Shown here one piece after another: positions 1 to 11,975 of a stretch of 64,000 nt of DNA; the stretch's first letter is position 1; each line of letters opens with the position of its first letter. The position numbers and the translations under genes were made by a program. Location of the stretch: NCBI RefSeq assembly GCF_009914755.1, contig NC_060926.1; one strand, written 5' to 3'. The DNA comes from the human T2T-CHM13v2.0 reference genome, Homo sapiens. The notes below the pieces were generated by a model, which saw only the letters and a program-made list of their open reading frames with translations, searched no databases and was not told where the DNA came from.

Positions 1-14
1 AGTTTTTTAAATAA

Positions 15-485
15 AATCCCCAAACATGTGTCCATCAACAGAAGAAATAAACAACTTGTGATACATACTCAGCAAGAAAAAGGAATGAATTAGTGAAACA
101 TGTGACACCATAGATGAAACTCAAAAACATTATATTGAGTTAAAGAAGCCAGGCGAAAGAGTATTTACAGTATGGTTTCATTTATGTGATGACTGAGAAA
201 TAGATAGTTTATTATGTGATGATCTAGATGATCTAGAAGTTGTAAAAAAAAAAAAATCTACAACAGGCCAAAATTTAACAGTGGATTAAATTGTAAAACT
301 GGTGCCTCTTTGAGGAACTTGGATTCACTGAAAGAACAAAAGGCATTTTTTTGGATGATAAAGATATTCTGTATTTTGATAAGAATGTTAATTAAATGGT
401 ATACGCAATGGTCAAAACTTATCAAACTGCATGTTTAAAATCTATTCATTTAAGCATATCTAGATTAAATATCAATGTAAAGAAA
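15..485 (+). mobile_element. Old L1 (L1MC/L1ME-type) 3' UTR remnant
   Basis: Degenerate L1 3' motifs 'tgtccatcaacagaag', 'aaaaggaatgaa', 'gatgaaactcaaaaacattatattgag', 'gtcaaaacttatcaaactg'; boundaries approximate. Confidence 0.7.
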
Positions 486-1699
486 AAGCTAGCAACAAAG
501 TGGATTGCTGTTGTAGAGTCCCCATCCCTCTGCAAATCATTTATTGTGGCCGAGGGATTGGATATTTTGCCTGACATTGCCTGAATCCCATGCCCACCAG
601 TGAAATCCTCCGAGAGAACAGAATGAGAGCGGAAGAAGGGACTGTGCATTAGATAAAATCATAGCATTGTTAGAAGTGGGAAAGGCACTAAATGCAGAGA
701 AAGACATAACATGTCTAAACTATAAAAGCTCAGAATTGTTCTCCACAAAATCCACTTCGAATCACAGCAAAGTGGCTGAAACATGTTTAATTTCTGCCAT
801 TGATCTGTCTCCAAGGAATTTAATCTGCTTATTGTTTCTGTATTTTTATTTGGGCCAATGAGGTACATAATTTACTAGCAACCACAGGAAGAAATAATTT
901 AGAAATTGCTCCTATACATAATCATTTTAATACATAAGAACTTAGTAATATCATCTATCCTACTATTTATAATGTCTATGACAATACTTAAGTCCTCTCT
1001 CTCTCTCTTTCTTTCTTAAAGTAAGTCAGAATGTTAATTGCTGTCCCTACTAATGTTTCACTTATTATTATGAGTAGCATGTCAATTCTATCAACTCTAT
1101 CCTTAAGGCATTTTCATAAAGGTACAACATTTTTTAAGGTATCACTTTTAATTCATAGAAATCAAGTTATGCATGTGTCTATTCCATGACCAATTTAACT
1201 CATGCATAGCTTTAAATAGTTCCTCATCTGTCATCTTTGTTTACCTTACAGAAGCATTTGTTTCTAGAAAGTTGGGAAATCTTTTTAACTTTCTGCCTTT
1301 AATCCAGGGAAGTGTCAAGTTTACAAAAGCTTCAATTATAAATGCTTGTGAATATTGGTTACAAAAAGTGGTAGTTTGCTTCTGCTATATGTTACTATGG
1401 AAGGAATAATGTTATGCCTCTGTCAACTGTGTGATATTGGGTAAGTCAGTTAGTTCTTATCTCCTTAGTTTTGTAAAACAAATAGGTTGAAGTAAAATAC
1501 TTTTATTGCTCCAAAATTGCTGTAAGTTTTGCTCATAACAAAATTTTGCCTTAAATATATCCAAAGGATAGAGCAATATGGAATTAGAAGTCACATTATT
1601 TTATAACCAGGCAGATTATACCCTATTTATCTTAATAGCTTTCATAGCAGAAAACAGTATATTTTATGCTGTGGCTTTCTAAATTATGTCTTCCTTGCT

Positions 1700-1816
1700 A
1701 AACTACAAACTCTATGAAAGTAGGAATTGCATTTGTCTTACTACTAATCATTACATACCCATGACACTTAGTACATTGCCTGGCACACACTGTGTAGGTA
1801 AGAATAATATTTATTG
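1700..1816 (+). mobile_element. L2 3' end fragment
   Basis: 'aaactctatgaaagtagg...acattgcctggcacac...aatatttattg' resembles the L2 terminus. Confidence 0.6.
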
Positions 1817-2009
1817 CTATTACTAGCATTTAAATTGTGCCTTAGTTTCTCAAAACCATATATGTTAGGCATTGTGATAAGTATTTTTAAATTTTTCATA
1901 TATCACACTATTCACATTTTGTTCTGTGTGCTCCTTATTCTACTTAAAATAAAATAATAATGGCAACTTTTATTGTCCTTCAACACATTGACCCTTATGG
2001 ACTTTTCAA

Positions 2010-2195
2010 AGAATTTCTCATTTAGTCCTCAGTACAAACTTATGAGTTAGATAGTGGCATTGCCCTTCACCAAAGAAATTAAGACACACACAGGTGAAGT
2101 AATGTGTCCACAATGATCTAGTAACCAGTAAAGTCAGAATTTGAACCATGAGTGTAGAGACTTCACTCTTAGCTTCTACCCAGTACTGCCTCCCT
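2010..2195 (-). mobile_element. MIR fragment
   Basis: 'ctcatttagtcctcag...tatgag' and 'gaatttgaacc' resemble the reverse complement of the MIR core. Confidence 0.55.
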
Positions 2196-2708
2196 AATAA
2201 TTATCTATTGAATAAATACATTTCTGTCACTTTTTATCATCCTTTGCTGTATATCATTCTTATCTGTATTTAGTAAATTTTATTTTTGTTTTATTTCCCT
2301 CTCAACTCTTCATTTGTACCTAGTTTCCACTTTTGGGCAGAAGAAAATACATGAAAAGGAGCAATGCTCCTTAATTCTCTAAAATAGTTCCTTGATTAAG
2401 AGCTAGAGTCCAATTTACAGATTTTTCTGGATCAATATTATTTTACCCCACTTTTGGAAGAAATAGTTTATCCAATGAACAATGACAACCTTGGCAGGGC
2501 CGAACTTCACATCTTGTGCTTTTTCATTTCAGCACAGAAAAAAGAGAGGGTCAGGAATCTTACAACAGTTCATCCTTAAAAACTTCCCATCCTCATTTTG
2601 TACACTGAAGCAATTTGGATAACCATATATATTCCCACTTGTTTCTCCACATCAATTCTCCATAGAAAAATATGCAAAGTCACCCAAAGCATCGACAGAG
2701 AAGCATAA

Positions 2709-2739
2709 ACACACACACACACACACGCACACACGCACA
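2709..2739. repeat. (CA)n microsatellite, interrupted
   Basis: Directly visible. Confidence 0.95.
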
Positions 2740-3562
2740 ATCTCCCTCTCCAAGGAGAGGGCATATCAAGAAAACAGCAATTCCTTGCTTTATAAATATA
2801 TTTAAAAAGTGAATTATAATAATGATAGATATTTTCTGCAGAAACCACATTAGTGATCTCATGAGATAGCTGGATTCTTTCTTTGCACTCCATATCTCAT
2901 TCTATATAATGCAGAGAACAAAAGAGAGGGCCATATAAAGATCCAGGGGAGTAGATACACAACTAAGTTTTTCCATAAAATAAACTACTTTGTAGTGAAT
3001 GTCTTCTTACAAATATTAGAGGGACCAGATTAGATTGCAGCTGGCCCAAGAGGATTTTTGCCTTGGGCTTAAACTACAGCCAGAAAACAAACAGTTTCTA
3101 CCCATTGCACTCCTCTGATCTTCATAAACCAAGGACGGAAGAAGGAAGAATTATATTTAGAAGGATTATTTTAAAAACACCAAAGACTTTTCATGAGTAG
3201 AACAAGAAGTTCCTAAAGGGAAAATATCTATTTTCACAGAAGCATCAGGTGGAATCTAGTTAAGCAGAAACTTATAGCCTAGAATAATCTTTTAAAGAGT
3301 GAAGTATTCATTCGCACATTAATTAATGCATTCATTTATTCAATATTTTTGTATCTGTACCAGGTTATATGGGTAAAATAGAAATGGATGTCATGCTGTC
3401 TCTCCTCAAATAACTCACTTTCTGGTGGAAATGTTTCTGGATCATGATTTTGAACATAACGTAGCTGTAACTGTCCCACTTTCACAAATTCATTTATTTA
3501 CATTTTGGTCTGAAGCCCTAGGATAGTTATTGTGCAGGAGTGCAAAATGCTATTTTACCCCT

Positions 3563-5826
3563 TGTATTAGTCCTTTCTCTCACTGCTATAAAGAAATACC
3601 CAAGACTGGGTAATTTGTAAAGGAAAGAGGTTTCATTGACTCACAGTTCCACATGGCTGGGGAAGCCTCAGCCTCATGGTGGAAGGTGAAGCAGGGACTT
3701 TCTTCATTTGGTGGCAAGAGAGAGAAGAGCAAGCAGAGGACATGCCATATGCTTATAAAACCATCAGATCTCATGAGGACTCACTCACTGTCATGAGAAC
3801 AGCATGCGGGAAACTGCCCCCATGATCCCCAATCACCTCCCATCAGTATCCTCCCTCAACATGTGGGGATTATGGGAATTACAATTCAAGATGAGATTTA
3901 GGTAGGAACACAGCCAAACCATATATTTCTGCCTCAGCCCCTTTCAAATGTCATGTCCTCACATTTCAAAACACAATCATGCCTTCCAAACAACCCCCCA
4001 AAGTGTTAACTGAACTGATTCCACCATTAACCAAAAAGTTCACATCCAAAGTCTCATCTGAGATAAAGCAAGTCCCTTCCACATAGGAGCCTGTAAAATC
4101 AAAAGCAAGTTAGTTCGTTCCAAGATACAAGGGGGTGCAGGCATTGGATAAATACTCTCATTCCAAATGGGAGAAATTAGCCAAAACAAAGGGGCTACAG
4201 GCCTCATGCGAATTTGAAATCCAGCGGGGCAGTCATTAAATCTTAAAGCTCCAAAATAATCTTCATTGACTCCATGTCTCACATCCAGGGCACACTGATG
4301 CAAAGGGTGGCCTCCCATGGCCTTGGGCAGCTGTGCTCTTGTGGCTTTGCAGGGTAAAGCCCCCTGGCCCAGATGCTTTCATGGCTGGCATTGAGTGTTT
4401 ATAGCTTTTCCAGGTGCACACTGCAAGCTGTTGGTGGATCTACCATTCTGGGGTCTGGAAGATGATGGCCCTCTTCTGACAGGTCCACCAAACAGTGCCC
4501 CAGTGGGGACTTTGTGTAGGGGGTTCAACCCCACATTTCTCCTTTGCACTGTCCTAGCAGAGGTTCTCCATGAGGGCTTCACCCCTGCAGCAAACTTCTG
4601 CCTAGACATCCAGATGTCTCCATACATCCTCTGAAATCTAGGCAGAGGTTCTTAAACATCAATTATTGACTTCTGTGCACCCACAGGCCCAACACCTCAT
4701 AGAAACCACCAAGGCTTGGAGCTTGCTCCCTCTGAAGCAACTGTCCAAGTTGTACCTTGGCCCCTTTTTGCCATCGCTGGAGCTGGAGCACCTGGGACAC
4801 AGTGCACCAAGTCCTGAGGCTGCACAGAGCAGGGGGCCCTGGGCCTGGCTCATGAAACAATTTTTTCCTCTTAGACCTCCAGGTGTGTGATAGGAGGGGC
4901 CACTGCCAAGGTCTTTGACATGCCCTGGAGACTTTTCCCTATTGTCTTGGTGATTAACATTTGGCTCCCGATTATTTATGCAAATTTCTATAGCCAGCTT
5001 GAATTTCTCCCCAGAAAATGGGTTTTTCTTTTCTATCATATTGCCAGGCTGCAAATTTTCCAAACTTTTAGGCTCTGCTTCCCTTTTAAACGTAAGTTCC
5101 AATTTCAGGTCATCTCTCTCAAGTTCAAGGTTCCACAGATTTCTAGGGCAGGGGCAAAATGCTGCCAGTCTCTTTGCTAGAGCACAGCAAAAGTTACCTT
5201 TACTCCAGTTCCCAATAAGTTCCTCATTTCCATGTGAGACCACCTCAGCCTGCACTTCATTTTCCACATTATTATCAGCATTTTGGTCAAAATCATTCAA
5301 CAAGTCTCAAGGAAATTCCAAACTTTCCCATATCTTCTTGTATTCTTCTGAGCTCCCCAAACTGTCCCAACCTCTGCCTGTTACCCAGTTCCACAGTCAA
5401 TTCCACATTTTCAGGTATCTTTATAGCAGTACCCCACTCTCTGTGGTACCAATTAACTATATTAGTTGATTCTCATCCTGATATAAAGAAATACCTAAGA
5501 CTGGGTAATTTGTAAAGGAAAGAGGTTTAATTGACTCATAGTTCCACTTGCTGGGAAGGCCTCTGGAGACTTACAATCATGGCAGAAGGAGAAGCAGTCA
5601 CCTTCTTCACATGGCAGCAGGGGAGAGAAGAGCAAGCAGGGAAATTCCTGACATTTATAAAACCATCAGATCTCATGAGGACTTACTCACAATCATGAGA
5701 AGAGCATTAGGGAAACTGCCCCCGTGATCCAATTGCCTCCCACCAGGATCCTCCCTCAACATGTGGGGATTGTGGAGATTACAATTCAAGATAAGATTTG
5801 GGTGGGAAAACAGCCAAACCATATCA
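3563..5826 (-). mobile_element. Full-length THE1 (MaLR; THE1C/D-like) provirus: 3' LTR 3563-3925, internal 3926-5457, 5' LTR 5458-5826
   Basis: Two homologous LTRs ('tgtattagtc...cagccaaaccatatca' is the reverse complement of the THE1 LTR); ~1.5 kb THE1-int; 5-bp TSD cccct (3558-3562) / ctcct (5827-5831). Confidence 0.95.
4659..5303 (-). pseudogene. Remnant of the THE1-int ORF (214 codons open)
   Basis: 'QAEVVSHGNEELIGNWSKG...LAKRLAAFCPCPRNLWNLELERDDL' is the typical MaLR internal translation. Confidence 0.75.
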
Positions 5827-6149
5827 CTCCTTAAATATTATAATTATATATTATAATATTATAACTTTTGGAAAAATTATAATATATTGACTTGTCCTGT
5901 AGTTATTGGTATAAGTAACATCTAGCAGTGTAGGCTCTAGGATGTAGAGAAGCCTTTGATCCTTGGGATAATCAAAGAAGACTTCCTAAAACATTGAGAA
6001 GAAACTTGAATGGCTCAGAATTTGAAAACATGTAAGGAAGGACATGGGGAGAGCCCATGTTAGGACTCACTTCACCCACAGAGTGACACCACAGAATCAA
6101 GAAAATGTAAAGAACAATTTGCCTAGATTATCTCAGGAACATACTCTTT

Positions 6150-6275
6150 GTGTATCTTTCATTAGAAATGTATTTCCTGAGCCCAGGAACAATTTCTGCT
6201 TTATTCTGTACTGAATTTCTAATAACAGCATAATGCCTGGCATGGAATACATGCTCAATAACAGTTTGATGAATT
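6150..6275 (+). mobile_element. L2 3' end fragment
   Basis: 'cagcataatgcctggcatggaatacatgctcaataacagtttgatgaat'. Confidence 0.7.
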
Positions 6276-7429
6276 ACAATGAAAGTGATAATGAATTGGC
6301 ACAAGCATAATTTAATAATCTTTGAATTATAGGAAAGGGGAAAATTATAGTGAGCTATAAAAGCAAGATGTAGAAGTTTGGACTTCATGTAATAATGGGG
6401 ATATATCTCCATCTAACAGAAAAATGTCATGATATATTCCAAGTGGTCTTATTGGAAAATTAACCTGAAGAGATGTGTAAATTATAAAAGGGAAGCAATT
6501 TCAGAAATGTAGAAAAGAACAGTGCAAATTGTATCCATTCATATGTCATTCTTATGTGATATTCTAGACCTTAAAGTCTAGAATTAGTTAATAATTAGAA
6601 CCACACATTGGTTTTTGTAGTATCATATTTACTTTCAGTTTCGAAATAGTATATTTGCCCAAGAAGTTATTGAATATTTGAAATATTGTGAATTGGTGCA
6701 TATGTCTACTTTCTATAGAGAGGGATTATATTTAAACAGATTTTAAAAGACTGTGTTACCCCCAAAGATTAAGAAATATCTTTGTAGGTTAAGCAACACT
6801 TTAACACAAAAGAAGACAATATGTCACTACACAGAATGCCAGCCAATATATTATCTCTACTATAAAATTTTGCTTTTCCCTATCATAGGCAGAATTAAGC
6901 ATATATATTTGAATAGCTGTTTGTTCAAAACTTTATTACAAAAGTTATTACATTGTATTTTTAGTTCATTGTTTATAGACGTTATCTGCTAACCCTTCTC
7001 ATTAAACTAGACTCTTGAAAAATAGAAAGTTTGAGTTACTTATTATTTAAGCCCAGTATCTAGCACAAAGCTGGCCCAAAAATCTGTCTTTTTATTTAAG
7101 GTATTTCATTTAAGCAGCCAGTTCTTTTTATAAACATTTTTATGAGCTACTAAGGCTCATCATACCTTGCCTCCATATGGTCACCAGAATTCAGAATTTG
7201 TAGGGCATTTCCACTTAGAGCAAACTAAGCTTATCAAGACTGTGGCCCATAAAAAGTAATGTTATCTGTCACATATTATAAGACAGAAAGCACTTTCATC
7301 AAATCTCTTATGTGGTGAATTCTCAATACCTATCTAGGGTGTAATTGCTTCAAGCGAAGCCCACACTTTTTCTTCTTTTTTGTTTTCCTTTTATACCGCC
7401 TCCTTGGGACACTATCCTAGTATTTCTGG

Positions 7430-8070
7430 AGTAATAACTTAATCTTGTTTGCTGGATACTTCTCTGCTTTTATCCTAAGCTTCTTTACATTCTAAATAAT
7501 ATTTCCTATTTCCTTGGCTTCAGTTATTATCTGTAAACTGACAACTCTCAAATTTATGGCTCTATTGCTAACCCTAACTTCTCTTTGTAATTCCGAGTTT
7601 TCATAGCTGGCTGATTTATCATTTCCTCTCAGACCTGCTTCTTCAGTGTCTCCAAACTCAATATTTTCCTCACAACATGACATCTTACTGAAGCCAGACA
7701 TGGCAGTCATCTTTGAATTCTCCATCACCTACACCTCCCACATCCAATATGTCAAAATTGAATGTTGGTTTTTCTCACAATGAGTTTGGAAAAAATCCTT
7801 ACTGCCTCTCCGTGCCCACTAACATGACCTAAATCTTTTCCTTTAGGCCTTCTGGTTTCAGTGACTGTTATAATGTACTCCATCCAAAAAATCTGAAATT
7901 ATGCCTTATACTTTTCTTTCTCTTTTTCACAACTTCAATTCTTATCAAGTCCTATTAAGCCTAGCTATAGAATATATTCTTAATCTGTTCTGCTAATAAC
8001 ACCCGTAACAGGAAAAACCATCATTTCTTCTCCTGTAGTTTGTCCTTCCTCTGATCCATTCTATGCACAT
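7430..8070 (+). mobile_element. L2 fragments
   Basis: 'ggcttcagttattatctgtaaactgacaactctcaaatttat', 'gcagtcatctttgaattctcc', 'atccattctatgcaca'. Confidence 0.55.
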
Positions 8071-8099
8071 AAGTGGAAATTATTGAAACGAATGGAAAC

Positions 8100-8725
8100 A
8101 GCTGGCTACAAAGAGTAAAGGGGAAAAACATTTCAAGCAAAAGAAACAGCATTTGCTAGGGCGCTAAATTGGCAAAGACCTCAATGAGTTTTTAGAACAG
8201 AAGACAATATCGTTGGCATGCAGTGAGGGGTGGTGAGGGATGACTCAACATAAAGTAAGCAATGAAAGGAGGACTAGTTTGTGTACAATATTGTAGTACA
8301 CATAAATAAACAATAATAAAGGTAAGTCTTACTTATTATCTTAAAACATCATTCCTGTTTCTATAAAAATAATGGATTATGAATGAAGAGAGAGCAAGAA
8401 ATTAAGTGGGGTTAGATAACAGGTAAAATATGACAATATCAAAGAAAAATTTATGGGCATGAAAATGAAGAAAGTAGTTGAAATTAGATGTAATTGGGAT
8501 GTAAAATATATAGGATTGTCTGATGGATTGACTATGAGGTGTGAGAGAATGAAGAATAACTACTGTATTTCTTATAGGAGCAACTGGGAAAATGTTGATG
8601 CCATTTAAGGAGGTAGAGACAGAAGAAAAGATTTCAGGAAGGGAAGGTTATAAATCACAGATTCAAGGTGGAACACATTAAAGTTGAGATGCTTTGAGAC
8701 ACTGAAGTGAAATGTCATAATGATG
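8100..8725 (-). mobile_element. L2 fragment
   Basis: 'ggattgtctgatggattgactatgaggtgtgagagaatga...gagcaactgggaaaatgttgatgccattta', 'acattaaagttgagatgc'. Confidence 0.65.
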
Positions 8726-9899
8726 AACGAATGAATAAGCCTTTCTTTGATTTCTATAGCTTCCTAATGCAATCCTATTATCAAGTGAACAGGTGAACTA
8801 ATAATGTTCCGATAAGATTTTGAGCATGTGCATAGCTGACAGGCAGATTTGGGGAGAAAGGGTAATGATCAAAGTAATATATAGTAATTATCAACATAAC
8901 CAAAATTTGGGGCTCAAATTTTATTTGGAAAATAAACCTTCTAATTGAATAATGAAAATTAATGCCTGCTGAATATTTTTAAGATGCTGAATATTTTTAA
9001 GTCTAGCAAGCAAAACAGACATAACATAGGAGAAGAAAAAAAATGATCATTCTAAAAAGCAATGCTTCCATTAGATAACATGTAAGGTGAATAATGTATT
9101 TAGTGTCAATATTCCCTGATATGGTCATAGTTCCTATGAGAACATGATAATGCTGTCAATAACAAGAAGTTTCCACCAAGTCTTCCACCAAGGCTTAGAA
9201 TTCTGAGGCCTTAGATAAGAATATATGAGGTATTTATATTAAGTAGCTGAAAACAGTGCATGCAGTTTTGAAAGAGGAATGGGGTATTACACTCAAGGTG
9301 GAAATTTGGAGATCAGAAACAGTGAAATAATGCATGCCACACCTAGGAGAGGGGAGGAAATCATAAACAGAAAAATTAAGTTAAAATCCAGAAAAAATAG
9401 AAATCAGAGTGAATCCTATGTACAGATCAACTGAATAGCAATAGGACATTTGCTATTATAGATTTGAGGCACATCTACCCTTCTCCCCAGCAAGCATGGC
9501 CTTTAGTGGAGCTAAGGAAAGCTAGACAATTTTTTAAGCCTGTTTATAGTAATTCAGAAACATACATTACCCATCATTTTCCTAAAGCCCATCTCAAAGG
9601 GACATATTTTGAATAGGGTTTAAGTAGTGCACAGAACTGCTATTTGTGATATTAAAGATGATCATTTCTTGATAAATAGCTCCTTTACTATTTTACAACA
9701 CTCAGGACCTTCATGTGTCACAATTCTTCTAAAATTCTCTGTTATCTAACTTTCTGTACAAGAGAAAAAAGGAGATTCTAATCTGGTGAAGCTGTTGGAT
9801 GATGTCCTAAAATAATTAGTAGGTTAGTGGTTTTCTAGTCTAATAGACTATTGGTATAAACTGGAAACTTTAAAAAATTATGATCACTTGGGATCCACC

Positions 9900-10549
9900 T
9901 GTGGCAGGTCAGGTCTCACTAATGCAGGCCTCCATAACAACTGTTTCAGTACCAATTGAGTGGTTTAGTTACATATTAAAAGCCAGTAAACTTATACAAA
10001 GGTGGGGATATAACAAAAGCCATCAGGAGTTTTGCCTAGGCCTTTCCTGGGCCTTAAATCATGACAAAATAACAAAGGAATTCTTAACAGGATTCATTTA
10101 GGATTAAACAAGTTTTATTGTGGGTCTGAAGAAACTCCTCAGGCTTCTACAAACAAGTTTATTGGGGGTCTAAAGGAACTCCCCAAACCTCCATGATTTA
10201 GCAGAAGACAAGATAAGGGTAATCACTCCAGCACCTGGACCCATTTAGATTAAGTAAATTTACTGAGACTCCAGAGGAAGGTCTTCAGGGCTCAGACCTT
10301 AGTTATAGACTAAAAGAAGTTAATCACTTATATCTTCAGATGAATGCACACTTACATGTAGACACATAGCTTAGAAGGTATCTAAGCTCTGGAAAACTTT
10401 GTAATTTTGAGTTGGTCTCGTGATAATTTCCAGGCCTTCTCCCTGTAACCAGTTACAGAAATAAAAACTGTCTTCCTCCCCAGTTCATCTGCATCTCATT
10501 ATTGGGCCACAAGAAACAGCAGCCCGACCCTCTGTTTGATACAGTAACA
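9900..10549 (+). mobile_element. PABL (ERV1) solo LTR, 650 bp
   Basis: TG...CA termini; start 'tgtggcaggtcaggtctcactaatgcaggcctccataacaactg' recalled as PABL_A/B; AATAAA near 10460; perfect 4-bp TSD cacc (9896-9899 / 10550-10553). Confidence 0.85.
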
Positions 10550-11859
10550 CACCTATACAGGATCTGAGTAAATCAGTCTGAGATGTGCCTCTGTGGTTAA
10601 AAACTTCTGAAATGGACTAATGAAAGAAAAGAAATCTATGCATATTTCTGAGTATTTCAGACATTTGAGTCTTAATGTAAGATAAACATTTTACTAGAAA
10701 TGATGTGTTAAAAAATTCTGACGTGTTCTTGCTTGCCAGCATTGTGTACAATTTGTTTTAGAATTAAATATCTATAATCTTAACACAGGTTAACTCTGGG
10801 CATTTCTTTCAATGTTGTGCCAATTGTGTGATGTGGTTGTGTACTGGCCACGTTAAATGGGACCATAAGTAAATAAACTTGATTCTGAAACTCAGATTTG
10901 TGTTGTGAGCAAGGGATGGAGGAGAGGAGGTTCTTTTCTTTCATTCATTCTTCTGGTCTCCTTTTCCCAAGGCTACATAGGCAATACATTGAAAATATTA
11001 TAATTTGACCAATTCTCATGTTGTGAACAGAAAAGCCTGAGTAGAGGTAGAAAAACACAAATGAAGTCTGATTGCATATTAAATATACAACTAAAAGATT
11101 GTCTAAAAAAAGGGTTTTCTAAATCAATGTAAAGATTCAAAATTATCAGATGGATGGCTGAGTTTTCAAAGTATACTATTAGAAAAGAAATTTTAAGATT
11201 GAATCTACATTGTTATAACATAGAATCTTCAGAGACTGATTCTTTATAAAGAGTAACGCCCTACTGCAAATGAAACACACCTTCCCTTTGAGAGGCATGA
11301 AAGTTTCTTCTTTCAAAGAAAGAGATAGGAATGAGCACCCATTGCTTTATGCATATGCAGGCCCAGAGACAATGGATATGTTAGAAATTCAAAAATAGAC
11401 AAGATTTTTTTCTTTAGTAGTCATGTATACAACGAAATGCTTAAACAGAGAGTGTTACCAGACATTTCCTCTCTGTGAACAAAAGCAATTTCCTTATATT
11501 CAAAAATAAAAAGAGATTGGAGGAAATAACCTAAATAAGTCAGTAAAACAACATAATTATTTAAAATACAGGCTGAGTTATATAGGAAAGAGACCACTGG
11601 ATTAACAGATAAAATCCTCTAATTCTTGTTCCTAATTAAGCCTCTAATTATACATATCCTTAGGCAAGACATTTAGACTCTGTAGCCTGGGGCACAATTT
11701 CTCAACTAAAAAATGAACACTTTGCAATATATCAACTAAAAAATGAACACTTTGGACAAAACAACTTTTAAAATAGCCAACTGTGGAAAACAATTATAAA
11801 TTGCAAATAAAGGCATTATGGCCTTATTAGTGATAAAAGCAAACTTTTAATCTTATATC

Positions 11860-11975
11860 CACTGATCTGTACAGATTCCAGGGCCCCACCTAAGCTATTA
11901 AATGAGAATTTTGGAAGTGGGGCCAAATGATCTGTATGATTTGAAATCTCAAATTTTTTGATGTAGTAGAATTAC
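11860..11975. mobile_element. MER5-type hAT remnant
   Basis: 'acagattccagggccccacc...gaattttggaagtggggcc...atctgtat'. Confidence 0.5.

Noticed and set aside
4978-5469. 163-aa plus-strand ORF in THE1
   Set aside because: Antisense of the THE1 internal ORF; S/F/L-rich
6561-6584. Imperfect palindrome attctagac-cttaaa-gtctagaat
   Set aside because: A 9-bp stem is expected by chance in 64 kb of AT-rich DNA and is too short for a pre-miRNA
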